Positions 38,770 through 51,368 of a DNA stretch of 64,000 nucleotides are shown here, in pieces (the stretch's first letter is position 1; each line of letters begins with the position of its first letter). Under the pieces are notes generated by a model. It did no database searches and was not told where the DNA came from. It saw nothing but the letters and a program-made list of their open reading frames with translations. Position numbers and translations under genes: made by a program. Source of the DNA: Octopus sinensis (lineage: Eukaryota); the NCBI RefSeq assembly GCF_006345805.1, contig NC_043019.1:13639360-13703359 (forward strand), given 5' to 3'.

Positions 38770-41700
38770 AACAAATGCTGGTGATGGTGCCACGGAAAGA
38801 GCACTGGCGATGGTGCCACGGAAAAAGCACTGGCGATGGTGCCACGGAAAAAGCACTGGCGATGGTGCCACGGAAAAAGCACTGGCGATGGTGCCACGGA
38901 AAAAGCACTGGCGATGGTGCCACGGAAAAAGCCACTGGCGATGGTTGCCACGGAAAAAGCACGGCGATGGTGCCACGGAAAAAGCACTGGCGATGGTGCC
39001 ACGGAAAAAGCACTGGCGATGGTGCCACGGAAAAAGCATAGGTACTGGTGCTATGTATGAAGCACTGGTGCTGGTGCCACGGAAAGAGCATTGGTGATGG
39101 TGCCATGTATGAGCACTGTGGTGAGGTGCCAGGGTAAAAAGCTAAAAAAGCACTGTGATAGTGCAACGGAAAAAGCACTGGTGTGATGTGCCATGTAAGA
39201 ATCACTGGCGATGGTGCCATGGAAAAAGCACTGGTGATGGTGCCACGGAAAAAGCACTGGTGATGGGCCATGGAAAAAAGCACTGGTGATGGTGCCATGG
39301 AAAAAGCACTGGTGATGGTGCCACGGAAAGAGCATTGGTGATGGTGCCATGTATGAAGCACTGTGGTGATGGTGCCAGGTAAAAAGCACTGGTGATAGTG
39401 CCACGGAAAAAGCACTGGTGATGGTGCCATGTAAGAATCACTGGCGATGGTGCCATGGAAAAAGCACTGGTGATGGTGCCACGGAAAAAGCACTGGTGAT
39501 GGTGCCATGGAAAAAGCACTGGTGATGGTGCCATGGAAAAAGCACTGGTGATAGTGCCATGGAAAAAGCACTGTGGTGGTGGTGCCATGGAAAAGCACTG
39601 GTGATGGTGCCATGGAAAAAGCACTGTGGTGTGGTGCCATGGAAAAAAAAAGCACCTGGTGATGGTGGCCATGGAAAAAGCACTGGTGTGATGGTTGCCA
39701 TGGAAAAAAGCACTGGTGATGGTGCCACGGAAAAAAGCACTGGTGATGGTGCCATGTAAGAATCACTGGCGATGGTGCCATGGAAAAAGCACTGGTGATG
39801 GTGCCACGGAAAAAGCACTGGTGATGGTGCCACGGAAAAAGCACTGGTGATGGTGCCATGTAAGAATCACTGGCGATGGTGCCATGGAAAAAGCACTGGT
39901 GATGGTGCCATGGAAAAAGCACTGGTGATGGTGCCACGGAAAAAGCACTGGTGATGGTGCCATGTAAGAATCACTGGGCGATGGTGCATGGAAAAGCACT
40001 GGTGATGGTGCCACGGAAAAAGCACTGGTGATGGTGCCACGGAAAAAGCACTGGTGATGGTGCCATGGAAAAAGCACTGTGGTGGTGGTGCCATGGAAAA
40101 AGCACTGGTGATGGTGCCATGGAAAAAGCACTGGTGATGGTGCCATGGAAAAAGCACTGGTGATGGTGCCATGGAAAAAGCACTGGTGATGGTGCCACGG
40201 AAAAAGCACTGGTGATGGTGATCATGCGCGGTGCCATGGAATTAAAAGCACTGGTGATGGGTGATGGAAAAGCAATGGAGATGAGCACGGTGATATGGGG
40301 AAAAAGCACGGGTAAAAACACACTGCATGAGTGATGGTGGGTGCCAGTGAAAGACCGCACAACGGCACTGATAAAAGCACTGGTGAGATGGTGAAATGGT
40401 GTTTAAGCATGACCCACTGGTGATGGTGCCACACACGGAAAAGCACTGGTGATGGTGCCATGGAAAAAGCAAAAAGCCTGTGGTGGTGGTGCATGGAAAA
40501 AGCACTGGTGATGGGTGCCATGGAAAAAGCACTGGTGATGGTGCCACGGAAAAAGCACTGGTGATGGTGCCATGGAAAAAGCACTGTGGTGGTGGTGCTG
40601 CCACGGAAAAAGCACTGGTGATGGTGCCATGGAAAAAGCACCTGGTGATGGTGTGCCACGGAAAAAAGCACTGGTGATGTTGCCATGGGGAAAAAGCACT
40701 GTGGTGGTGGTGCCATGGAAAAAGCACTGTGGTGGTGGTGCCATGGAAAAAGCACTGGTGATGGTGCCATGGAAAAAGCACTTGTGGTGGTTTGGTGCCA
40801 TGGAAAAAGCACTGTGGTGGTGGTGCCATGGAAAAAGCACTGGTGATGGTGCCATGGAAAAAGCACTGGTGATGGTGCCACGGAAAAAGCACTGGTGATG
40901 GTGCCATGGAAAAAGCACTGTGGTGGTGGTGCCATGGAAAAAGCACTGTGGTGGTTGGTGCCACGGAAAAAAGCACTGGTGATGGTGCCATGGAAAAAGC
41001 ACTGTGGTGGTGGTGGGGCCATGGAAAAAGCACGGGTGATGGTGCCACGGAAAAAAAAGCACTGGTGATGGTGCCATGGAAAAAGCACTGGTGATGGTGC
41101 CATGGAAAAAGCACTGTGGTGGTGGTGCCATGGAAAAAGCACTGTGGTGATGGTGCCATGGAAAAAGCACTGGTGATGGTGCCATGGAAAAAGCACTGTG
41201 GTGGTGGTGCCATGGAAAAAGCACTGTGGTGGTGGTGCCATGGAAAAAGCACTGGTGATGGTGCCCACGGAAAAAGCACTGGTGATGGTGCCACGGAAAA
41301 AAAAGCATGGTGTGGTGCCATGGAAAAAGCACTGTGGTGGTGGTGCCATGGAAAAAGCACTGGTGTGATGGTGCCACGGAAAAAAGCACTGGTGAGGGTG
41401 CCACGGAAAAAGCACTGGTGATGGTGCCATGGAAAAAGCCTGTGGTGTTGGTGCCATGGAAAAAGCACTGTGGTGATGGTGCCATGGAAAAAGCACTGGT
41501 GATGGTGCCACGGAAAAAGCACTGGTGATGGTGCCATGGAAAAAGCACTGGTGATGGTGCCTCATAAAAATCACCAGTGCTGGTGTCACATAGAAAGCAC
41601 TGGTGATAGTTTCACATAGAAAGCATAGGTATTGGTGCCATGTAAAAAGCACTGTGGTGATGGTGCCACGGAAAAAGCACTGGTGACAGTGCCAAGTAAA

Positions 41701-41780
41701 AAGCATCCATGCTAGTTCCACATAAGAAGCAGAATTGATGGTGCCATGGAAAAAGCACTGATGCTGGTGCCACATAAAAA
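38770..41780. repeat. 26-bp satellite (AAAAAGCACTGGTGATGGTGCCATGG), ~110 units
   Basis: Read directly. There are CpG-containing variants at the 5' end and 28-bp GCACTGTGGTGGTGGTGCC variants further 3'. Confidence 0.97.
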
Positions 41781-41980
41781 GCAGCTGGTACATGCAATGA
41801 AGTGGCTGGCATTAGGAAGGGCATCCAGCTGTAGAAAACCAGGCCAAAGCAGACAATGGAACCTGGTGCAGCGCCTGGCCTTGTCAGATCCTGTCAAACT
41901 GTCCAAACCATGCCAGCATGGAAAACCGACATTAAAATGATGACGACGACGACGATGATGATGATGATGATGATGATGAC
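41781..41980 (+). mobile_element. family C retroposon 3' end contiguous with the satellite
   Basis: GGCATTAGGAAGGGCATCCAGCTGTAGAAAACC...CCATGCCAGCATGGAAAACCGACATTAAAATGATGACGACG(GAT)n. Confidence 0.85.
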
Positions 41981-42105
41981 AGTTTACACAACATGACGAC
42001 ATCACATTGAGCAACCAACTGATGCAGCAACTCAAGAAGCTGAGGGAGTGAAGAAATTGGACGAGATGACTGCTGACTGTCCAAAATTCGATTACTGGAG
42101 ATATA

Positions 42106-42516
42106 GGCGCAGGAGTGGCTGTGTGGTAAGTAGATTGCTAACCAACCACATGGTTCCGGGTTCAGTCCCACTGCGTGGCATCTTGGGCAAGTGTCTTCTG
42201 CTATAGCCCTGGGCCGACCAAAGCCTTGTGAGTCGATTTGGTAGACGGAAACTGAAAGAAGCCTGTCGTATATATGTATATATATATATGGTGTTGCATG
42301 TATGTATGTGTGTCTGTGTTTCTCCCCCTAGCATTGCTTGACAACCGATGCTGGTGTGTTTACGTCCCCGTCACTTAGCGGTTCGGCAAAAGAGACCGAT
42401 AGAATAAGTACTGGGCTTACAAAGAATAAGTCCCGGGGTCGATGTGCTCGACTAAAGGCGGTGCTCCAGCATGGCCGCAGTCAAATGACTGAAACAAGTA
42501 AAAGAGTAAAAGAGTA
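42106..42516 (+). mobile_element. family A SINE, full length
   Basis: Consensus head to tail. Confidence 0.93.
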
Positions 42517-42603
42517 TACGTAATCTCTCTGAACTTGTATTTATTCTTCAAGACCATTAAAACATCCAGCTGCGCTGTAACCAGCAAACAGGCGCTTGAT
42601 ACA

Positions 42604-43024
42604 ACTCTCTTTTCTCTCTTTTCTCTCTTTTACTTGTTTCAGTCATTTGACTGCGGCCATGCTGGAGCACCGCCTTTAGTTGAGCAACTCGACCCCGGGA
42701 CTTATTCTCTTTGTAAGCCCAGTACTTATTCTATCGGTCTCTTTTTGCCGAACCGCTAAGTGACGGGGACGTAAACACACCAGCATCGGTTGTCAAGCAA
42801 TGCTAGGGGAACAAACTCAGACACACAAACACACACACATACATATATATATACATATATACGACAGGCTTCTTTCAGTTTCTGTCTACCAAATCCACTC
42901 ACAAGGCATTGGTCGGCCCGGGGCTATAGCAGAAGACACTTGCCCAAGATGCCACACAGTGGGACTGAACCCGGAACCATGTGGTTGGTTAGCAAGCTAC
43001 TTACCACACAGCCACTCCTGCGCC
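42604..43024 (-). mobile_element. family A SINE, full length
   Basis: Reverse complement of the consensus, tail-to-tail with the previous copy. Confidence 0.93.
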
Positions 43025-43729
43025 TATTATATTCTGTTGTCATTCTGAATAAGTTATTAGGAATAATAGATTTTCTTTCAAAAGTAAATACGATACACGC
43101 CATGCGATGATGGTATGAAGTGAATGTAAGAAAATGTGAGAATTTGTCGTCGATGCTTTATGTAATGATGCATATTGCAAAAGTTGCAAAAGTCGCCAAA
43201 GTTAGAATCGACGCTGTCTGAAGTCTGTCTACTTTTGAGAGCCATCGCCAAAAGTGAAACAAATGCTGCCTATTAATGAAGAAAGCTATCAGAGAATTCT
43301 TGGAAAAATACAGACAAAATAAGCAAATAAATAAATAAATAGATGAATAACTAAAAAACTGGTTTCTTCCTACAAGAGTTTTCTCCTTGTAATGAAGTTG
43401 TTATAATTTCCATTAATGAGTGATCGCGTCTAGACACCTTTGATGTTCAACAGATTGGAAAATTATTGTCGTGACGCAAATGTTGTGCAAGTATGGACAT
43501 GTGTGTTTCAGAACTTTGCTTTGTAATCATGTCGTAAGAGGTTCAATCTCACAGAACATCACTTTAGGCAAATATCTGCTTTGATGTGTGGAAGCACTTT
43601 TTGTTTCTGTGTGTGTGTCTGTGTGTGTGTGTGTGGTTGTGGAGGATGTTATTCTGTTGAGTTGAAAAGTGATCAATAATGTAATGCTACGCACCCTTCA
43701 TCAATTTTTACCTCTTCGTCTTTTGTTTC

Positions 43730-44172
43730 CTCCTTTACTTGTTTCAGTCATTAGACTGTGGCAATGCTGGGGCACCACTTTGAAAAATTCTTAGTCAAAT
43801 GAATCAGCCACAGTACTAATGTTTTTGTCAAGCCTGGTACTTATTCTATCAGTCTCTATTGCTGAACTGCTAAGTGACAGTAACGTAAATACACCAGCAC
43901 TGGTTGTCAAGCAGTGATGGGGGACATACATACATACACGCAAACAAACATACATACATACATACATTAAATACATACATACATACATGCCGGTGGCACG
44001 TAAAAATCACCCACTACACTCACGGAGTGGTTGGCGTTAGGAAAGGCATCCAACTGTAGAAACACTGCCAGATCAGACTGGAGCCTGGTGCAGCCTCCTG
44101 GCTTCCCAGACCCCGGTCGAACCGTCCAACCCAGGCTAGCATGGAAAACGGACGTTAAACAATGATGATGAT
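43730..44172. mobile_element. family A 3' half (minus, 43730-43925) and family C copy (plus, 43988-44172)
   Basis: Matches to the other copies in the window. Confidence 0.8.
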
Positions 44173-45002
44173 ACATACATACATAGAAAGCTACAGAACC
44201 AATCCATCACTGGAACTGTAAAAATCTGTAAAACTTTCCAGAAGTTTATCATTTTAATATATATGAACATGTCTAGATATGCAACTATATGCCGCAGTCA
44301 AATGACTGAAACAAGTGAAAGAATAAGAACACCACCCGGTCTAGAAATTGAAACTGCGATCTCACAACTGTGAGAGCAACAGCCTAACCACCAGGCCATA
44401 CATCCTCAGTAGTCATAGGTGTGTTATAATCTCATATGATTGTTGTCAGTGACTTAAACGTCCTTCTTCATAAGTGTCTCAAGTCGGAGCTATTCTGGGG
44501 TTCAGCGACAGTAACAACAGCAACACATGGTTCCTGGTGGAAATCAAGCTGTTAATCATGAGATGAAGCAGGGGGGGGGGACGTGTGGGGGGAGGACTGT
44601 GAGGGGGGGATGGACGTTGTGGTGGAACCAGCAGCTGAAGATTAAAAGTCATGCAAAGATACAGACAGGAATGACACAAGTAATTAAACCAATGGGGTTT
44701 ATACGTGTGTATATATATATATATATACACACACACATATATATATAGATATATATGTATATATATGTACACAAACACATGTATATATACACACATGCAT
44801 ATACATACACACACACACACACATATATATGCATACACACACACATATATATATACACATACGTATATACATACATATATATATATGTATATATATACAT
44901 ACATACATACATACATACATACATGTAGCTATCTAGCTATCAATACATATATATACATATATATATGCACATCTGTATATGCATACGCACATACACACAC
45001 AT

Positions 45003-45049
<47 letters not shown>

Positions 45050-45288
45050 TATATAAACACATATATATATGCATAGGTGTGTGCATGTGTGTGTGTAAGT
45101 CATCTGAGAGTCTTTCAGATTATATATATATATATATGTAGACATATATATACATATGTATATATACATATGTGTATACACACACACACACACACACACA
45201 TATATTCATGGTGTTTAGGCTATATTTGACAGCTTGCATACAAGGAAATGCAAACATAATAATCTCACATAGGAATGATTTATTTTCA

Positions 45289-46492
45289 CCCTTCAACATT
45301 CAGATATCCTTGAAAATGTAAAACTTATTTATTCACATTGTTTTGAATTAATCCCATTACAACATTACATTCTTATAGCTTCGAGATTTCGATGCTGTGA
45401 TTATTTCATCATTATCATCATCATCATTGTTTAGCATCTGCTTTCCATGCTAGCATGGGTTGGATGATTTGACTGAGGGCTGGCGAACCAGACGGCTGCA
45501 CCAGGCTCCAATCTTGATCTGGCAGAGTTTCTACAACTGGATGCCCTTCCTAACGCCAACCAATCCGAGAGTGTAGTGGGTGCTTTTATGTGCCACCAGC
45601 AACGAGGGCCAGTCAGGCAGTACTGGCAATGACCTCGCTCGAATCTTTTTCACATGCCACCGGCACAGGTGCCAGTAAGGCAATGCTGGTAACGATCACA
45701 CTCGAATGGTTCCTTTTACATGCCGCCGGCGCGGAGGCCAGTTAGCCGCTCTGGCAACGATCACGCTTGGATGGTGATCTTAATACCCTACTAGCATGGG
45801 GCTCGAGTGCCAGTAAGGCGATGCTAGTAACAATCACACTCGAATGGTGCCTTTTTAAGTGCCACCGGCATGGAGGACAGTTAGCCGCTCTGGCAATGAT
45901 CATGCTCGGATGGTGCTCTTAATACCTATTTCTTTATTACCCACAAGGGGCTAATCACAGAGAGAACAAACAAACGGATTAAGTCGATTACATCGACTCC
46001 AGAGCATAACTGGTACTTAATTAATTGACCCCGAAAGGATGAAAGGCAAAGTCTACCTCGGCGGAATTTGAACTCAGAACGTAACGGCAGACGAAATACT
46101 GCTAAGCATTTCATCCGGCGTGCTAACGATTCTGCCAGCTCACCGGTGCCTTTTATGTGCCACTTTTATGTGCCACTGGCATGGAGGCCAGTTAGCCGCT
46201 CTGGCAACGATCCTGCTCAGATGGTACTCTTAATACCCTACTAGCACAGGGCTCGAGTGCCAGTAAGGCGACGCTGGTAACGATCACGCTTGAATGGTGC
46301 CTTTTTAAGTGCTACTGGCATAGAATAACATTTCCCTCATTGTTTGCATATTGAACTCATTTGTTTTCGTATTTCATGTTGTTTACTGTTGGTGACGTGA
46401 GGGAAGTGTGAGAGGTTAGACTCATCCAGTGTGGAGATAAAACAGGTAGAATATTTGGGCTGGAAATGGTTGGCTTAAATGTTGAAAAGAGT
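45289..46492. mobile_element. piggyBac-like MITE split by ~1 kb of nested insertions (family C, family B, Penelope-like fragment)
   Basis: 45289-45406 and ~46390-46492 match consecutive parts of the reverse complement of 30183-30402. Confidence 0.7.
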
Positions 46493-46799
46493 TTTAAAAA
46501 ATCAAAAAAATATCAACTAGATTATGACTAGGGAATAACAGTTTACTCAAAGTAATTGCCTTCAACTTCTTCAGGATAGCTCCAGAACCTGGGGCATGCA
46601 TTTCTCATTGTGCCCCTGGTATAGTATCGTGTAACTTCATGTATTCTCGTCCAAAATGGAGACAAGTATCAACGTTCCTATGTGGCAGGCTTGATAACTG
46701 TTAAGAGATTCTACTTTACATGAAACCATTGGTAGCCTTGTTACCTTATATATATGTATCTATATACAAACATATATACATGCATATATATATATATAT

Positions 46800-47105
46800 C
46801 ATCATCATTATCATCATTTAACGTTCGTTTTCCATGCTGGCATGAGTTGGACGGTTCGACTGGAGGTTACACCAGGCCCCAATCTGATCTGGCACTGTTT
46901 TTACAACTGGATGCCCTTCCTAATGCCAACCACTCTGAGAGTGTAGTGGGTGCTTTTTATGTGCCACCAGCTCAAGGGGCCAGAGGAGCAAGCATCGACC
47001 ATGATCGGATAGTGCTTTTTACGTGCCCCCGACACAGAAGCCAGTCAAGGCAGCACCGGCATCGGCCATATTCAGATGGTGCTTTCTATATGCTGCCGGC
47101 ACAGG
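46800..47105 (-). mobile_element. family C retroposon
   Basis: CATCATTTAACGTTCGTTTTCCATGCTGGC...GGATGCCCTTCCTAATGCCAACCACTC. Confidence 0.85.
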
Positions 47106-47111
47106 ACTCAT

Positions 47112-47159
<48 letters not shown>

Positions 47160-47192
47160 GCATATATACATATATATATACTTATATACATT

Positions 47193-47602
47193 GGCACAGG
47201 CATGGCTGTGTAGTAAGTAGCTTGCTTACCAACCACATGGTTCTGGGTTCAGTCCCACTGCGTGGCACCTTGGGCAAGTATCTTCTACTATAGCCTCAGG
47301 CCGGCCAAAGCCTTGTGAGTGGATTTGGTAGACGGAAACTTAAAGAAGCCCGTCGTGTATATGTATATATATATATATGTGTGTGTGTGTGTATATGTTT
47401 GTGTATCTGTGTTTGTCCCCTCCAACATTACTTGACAACCGATGCTGGTGTGTTTACATCCCCGTAACATAGCAGTTCAGCAAAAGAGACTGATAGAATA
47501 AGTACTAGGCTTACAAAGAATAAGTCCCGGGGTCGATTTGCTCGACTAAAGGCAGTACTCCAGCATAGCCACAGTCAAATGACTGAAACAAGTAAAAGAG
47601 TA
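47193..47602 (+). mobile_element. family A SINE, full length
   Basis: Consensus head to tail. Confidence 0.9.
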
Positions 47603-47607
47603 TACAT

Positions 47608-47638
<31 letters not shown>

Positions 47639-47644
47639 CTTATA

Positions 47645-47754
47645 TTAAAGCAGCAGAAAATTCAACAAAATCTGTTACTCTGAGTTTCTCGTTGCCGTTC
47701 CCGGCAACAAGAAACTCAGAGTAACAGATTTTGTTGAATTTTCTGCTGCTTTAA
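47645..47754. repeat. 53-bp inverted repeat with 4-nt loop (fold-back)
   Basis: The arms 47645-47697 and 47702-47754 are reverse complements with a single mismatch (C47690/A47709). The loop is TTCC. Confidence 0.97.
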
Positions 47755-47831
47755 ATAAAGCATATTACTCTACCACTGGTATTTGAGTACTCTTTTTTCC
47801 ACCTTGTTTCACATTTATGTGTTTACTCCGG

Positions 47832-47867
<36 letters not shown>

Positions 47868-47954
47868 TATATATATACATATACGTGTGTGTATATGTCA
47901 CAGGAAATAGAGATGTGCAATGAATTTTGATACTTCATCAATGTTCAGGTAAAT

Positions 47955-47985
<31 letters not shown>

Positions 47986-48112
47986 CACACACACACACAC
48001 ACTCATGCACATGCACACACACACACGTACAGCATAGGATTCTGTATAAAAGACATCGTTAGTTATCACCCAGTTTCATCCCCCTTTCCCCTCACACAAG
48101 CCACCTTCTCAC

Positions 48113-48190
48113 CTGCTATTTTCAACATTCAAACACTTTTTGGCAATTGACCCAGTGTGACTCTTGTAAACAGCAGGAATCAAAAACAAG
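48113..48190 (-). CDS. candidate 78-nt symmetric exon (LFLIPAVYKSHTGSIAKKCLNVENS), product unknown
   Basis: On the minus strand: GCTCTTCCTTCTCTTCAG acceptor and CAG|GTGAGA donor, with only one open frame. It could also be non-coding. Confidence 0.3.
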
Positions 48191-48999
48191 CTGAAGAGAA
48201 GGAAGAGCATCGACATTCCACTAACTTCCCCGGGAACTCGCAAAACCTGAAGTTTCCCCCTTCTATTTGCACAAGCGCACGTGCACGGGCCCGCGCGCAC
48301 ACACACACACACACAGTAAGAAATTTACAGTACGTGAAAAATATATTTTATCTAATGCAATCCCCTGATACACATACATGTATGCTTGTGTGCATACATG
48401 TATACACACACACACACACCACATACAGTAGTACACATATATACAAAACACAAACGCACACACATTCTAGCATACAAGCACGCTTATACTCTCACACTTA
48501 TACACTTACCTACAAACACGCACATACACAAACACACATGCATACACACACCAACACACACACACACGCATACACACTCAAACACACACCAACACACACA
48601 TACACATGCATACACACTCAAACACACACCAACACACACACACATGCATACACACTCAAACACACACCAACACACACACACACACACACAACTAAAATGC
48701 ACACACACTGCAACACACAGAAACATACTGACACACTTACACATACACAGAAACACGTACACATTAATGTTACCATCCCACACACTCACACAAAAACACA
48801 GACCAACTTAAACAGAGAAATTCACTAACAGACACACACTCTCAACTCCACCCACGCACACAGAAACACAATTACACACACACACACAGAGAAACATGCA
48901 AATACACACACACACACACACCCTCAACTCCACCCACACACACAGAAACACACAATTACACACACACACATACACTCACACACAGAAACATGCAAATAC

Positions 49000-49099
49000 N
49001 NNNNNNNNNNNNNNNNNNNNNNNNNNNNNNNNNNNNNNNNNNNNNNNNNNNNNNNNNNNNNNNNNNNNNNNNNNNNNNNNNNNNNNNNNNNNNNNNNNN
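49000..49099. other. assembly gap (100 N)
   Basis: Run of N flanked by CA/TA repeats. Confidence 1.
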
Positions 49100-49367
49100 A
49101 TATAATGCACACGTGTAATCTGTACATACAAACACACACTCACACACATATATATATATATACACTACACACACAGATATATATATATATCTATATATAT
49201 ATATATATATATACATATACATATGTAAATTATATAATATATATATACGTATATACCTACATATATAAATATCTATATATGTATATATATATACATAAAC
49301 ACGTATATATATGCATGTATATATGTATATATAAAACATATATACATGTATATGTATATGTATATTA

Positions 49368-49413
<46 letters not shown>

Positions 49414-49743
49414 CGTATGCTTCCACACATATACATATCTAGCTATCTATATATATATATATAATATATATATTATGTGGTGGCGTGTCTGAGTTGTTAT
49501 GTGTGTGTATGTATATATATACATGCACACATAAATATATCTATATATATAAACGTATATGCGTATCTGTTTATACAGATTTATATATATATGTGTGTGT
49601 GTTTGTGTGTGTGTGTGCGTGTTTTTTTGTATATATAAGCAAAATATATACTACATTTTAGCAGGTGTGTGAACGAGCTTCTATTAACGATTCGTTGAGC
49701 TGGTTAGCTTCTTCAACAAATATCAACAAGCTTAGTTTTATAT

Positions 49744-49830
49744 TTAACAAATGATGTTCTGCTGGTCTTCCTTCCACTTCTTCTCTTTCTTCCGTTCCAA
49801 TGTTTTCTGTGCATCCGCAAGGCCAAAGGT
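49744..49830 (-). CDS. candidate terminal exon (TFGLADAQKTLERKKEKKWKEDQQNIIC*), product unknown
   Basis: Strong minus-strand acceptor TGTATTTTCTTCCTTCAG followed by purine-rich sequence. All three frames stay open for at least 28 codons, so the frame is unresolved. Confidence 0.3.
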   Translation of the reverse strand, partial: TFGLADAQKTLERKKEKKWKEDQQNIIC

Positions 49831-50119
49831 CTGAAGGAAGAAAATACAGTTTATTCTCAAAAACACAGAGCATTATGAGTAATAATTAATATGATCGTGA
49901 AGTCCTGAGAAGCATTGTGTACTCTCGCGGTATATCTCTGACTTAATTATTATATAAAAGAAGTGGACTCTTCTCTCGTAGACCGTATCAAGACACTTAC
50001 CCACACCCAGGATAATTCCCCCTGACAACAACTACTTCCTAGGACAAGTTCCCCCCATATTAAGAAGTCTTAAATAATCATCTGTTGTCTTCAGGGGTAA
50101 TTTCCTTGGTAGGCGTCAT

Positions 50120-50526
50120 TACTCTTTTACTTGTTTCAGTCATTTGACTGCGGCCATGCTGGAGCACCGCCTTTAATCGAGCAACTCGACCCCGGGACTT
50201 ATTCTTTTTGTAAGCCCAGTACTTAATCTATTGGTCTCTTTTGCCGAACCGCTAAGTAACGGGGACATAAACACACCAGCATCGGTTGTCAAGCAATGCT
50301 AGAAGGACAAACCTCAGACACAGAAACACACACACGCATATTATATATATATATATTATATATTATACACACATATACGACGGCCTTCTTTCAGTTCCGT
50401 CTACCAATCCACTCACAAGGCTTTGGTCGGCCGAGGCTATAGATGAAGACACTTGCCCAAGGTGCCCGCAATGGGATTGAACCTGGAACATTGTGATTGG
50501 TAAGCAAGCTACTTACCATGTAGCCA
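50120..50526 (-). mobile_element. family A SINE
   Basis: Reverse complement of the consensus. Confidence 0.88.
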
Positions 50527-50743
50527 CGTTCTTTACTTAAGCAATACTCTTAGTTTTTATTTCACGTTGCTCCAGTCCACTCAGCTGGCAATTTGGTCGC
50601 CGACGACTCGACCATGCAGCGGGTTGTAAAGAATTACATGTGGGCGTTAGAGCTCACAAGCGACATGACATACACATATACATACATACGTACGTACATG
50701 CATACATACACATAAATGCACACATACATACACACACACACAT

Positions 50744-50792
<49 letters not shown>

Positions 50793-51036
50793 TATAGATA
50801 TTGATACATACATACACACATACGTCACCTAGCGGTTCGGCAAAAGAGACCGATAGAATAAGTACTGGGCTTACGAAGAATAAGTCCCGGGGTCGATTTG
50901 CTCGACTAAAGGCGGTGCTCCAGCATGGCCGCAGTCAAATGACTGAAACAAGTAAAAGAGAGAAAGAGACATGCATACATGCATACTTACATATATACAT
51001 AAATGCACATACATGTATGTATATATATAAAATCGT

Positions 51037-51368
51037 GTGAGGGCGCGTGGCTTAGTGGTTAGGGCATTCGGCTCATGATCGTAAGGTTGTGAGTTCGATT
51101 CCCGGCGACGCGTTGTGTCCTTGAGCAAGACACTTTATTTCACGTCGCTCCAGTCCACTCAGCTGGAAAAAAAAGAGTTGTACTTGTATTTCAAAGGGTC
51201 AGCCTTGTCACTCTCTGTGTCACACTGATTATCCCCGAGAACTACGTTAAGGGTACACGTGTCTGTGGAATGCTCAGCCACTTGCACGTTAATTTCACGA
51301 GCAAGCTGTTCCGTTGATTCGGATCAGCTGGGACCCTCGTCGTCGCAACCGACGGAGTCTTTTTTTTT
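51037..51368 (+). mobile_element. family D SINE, full length with 13-bp TSD
   Basis: TATATAAAATCGT at 51024-51036 and 51369-51381, A-box TGGCTTAGTGGTTAGG, B-box GAGTTCGATTCCC, and a 3' T-run. Confidence 0.9.

Noticed and set aside
40220-40435. Divergent interruption inside the satellite as an inserted element
   Set aside because: It is still made of scrambled satellite words with many indels, so it is most likely a low-quality consensus segment.
38770-41780. 26-bp repeat as a CRISPR array or coding repeat protein
   Set aside because: No spacers; the unit length is not a multiple of 3; there are frequent indels; and it derives from a SINE module.
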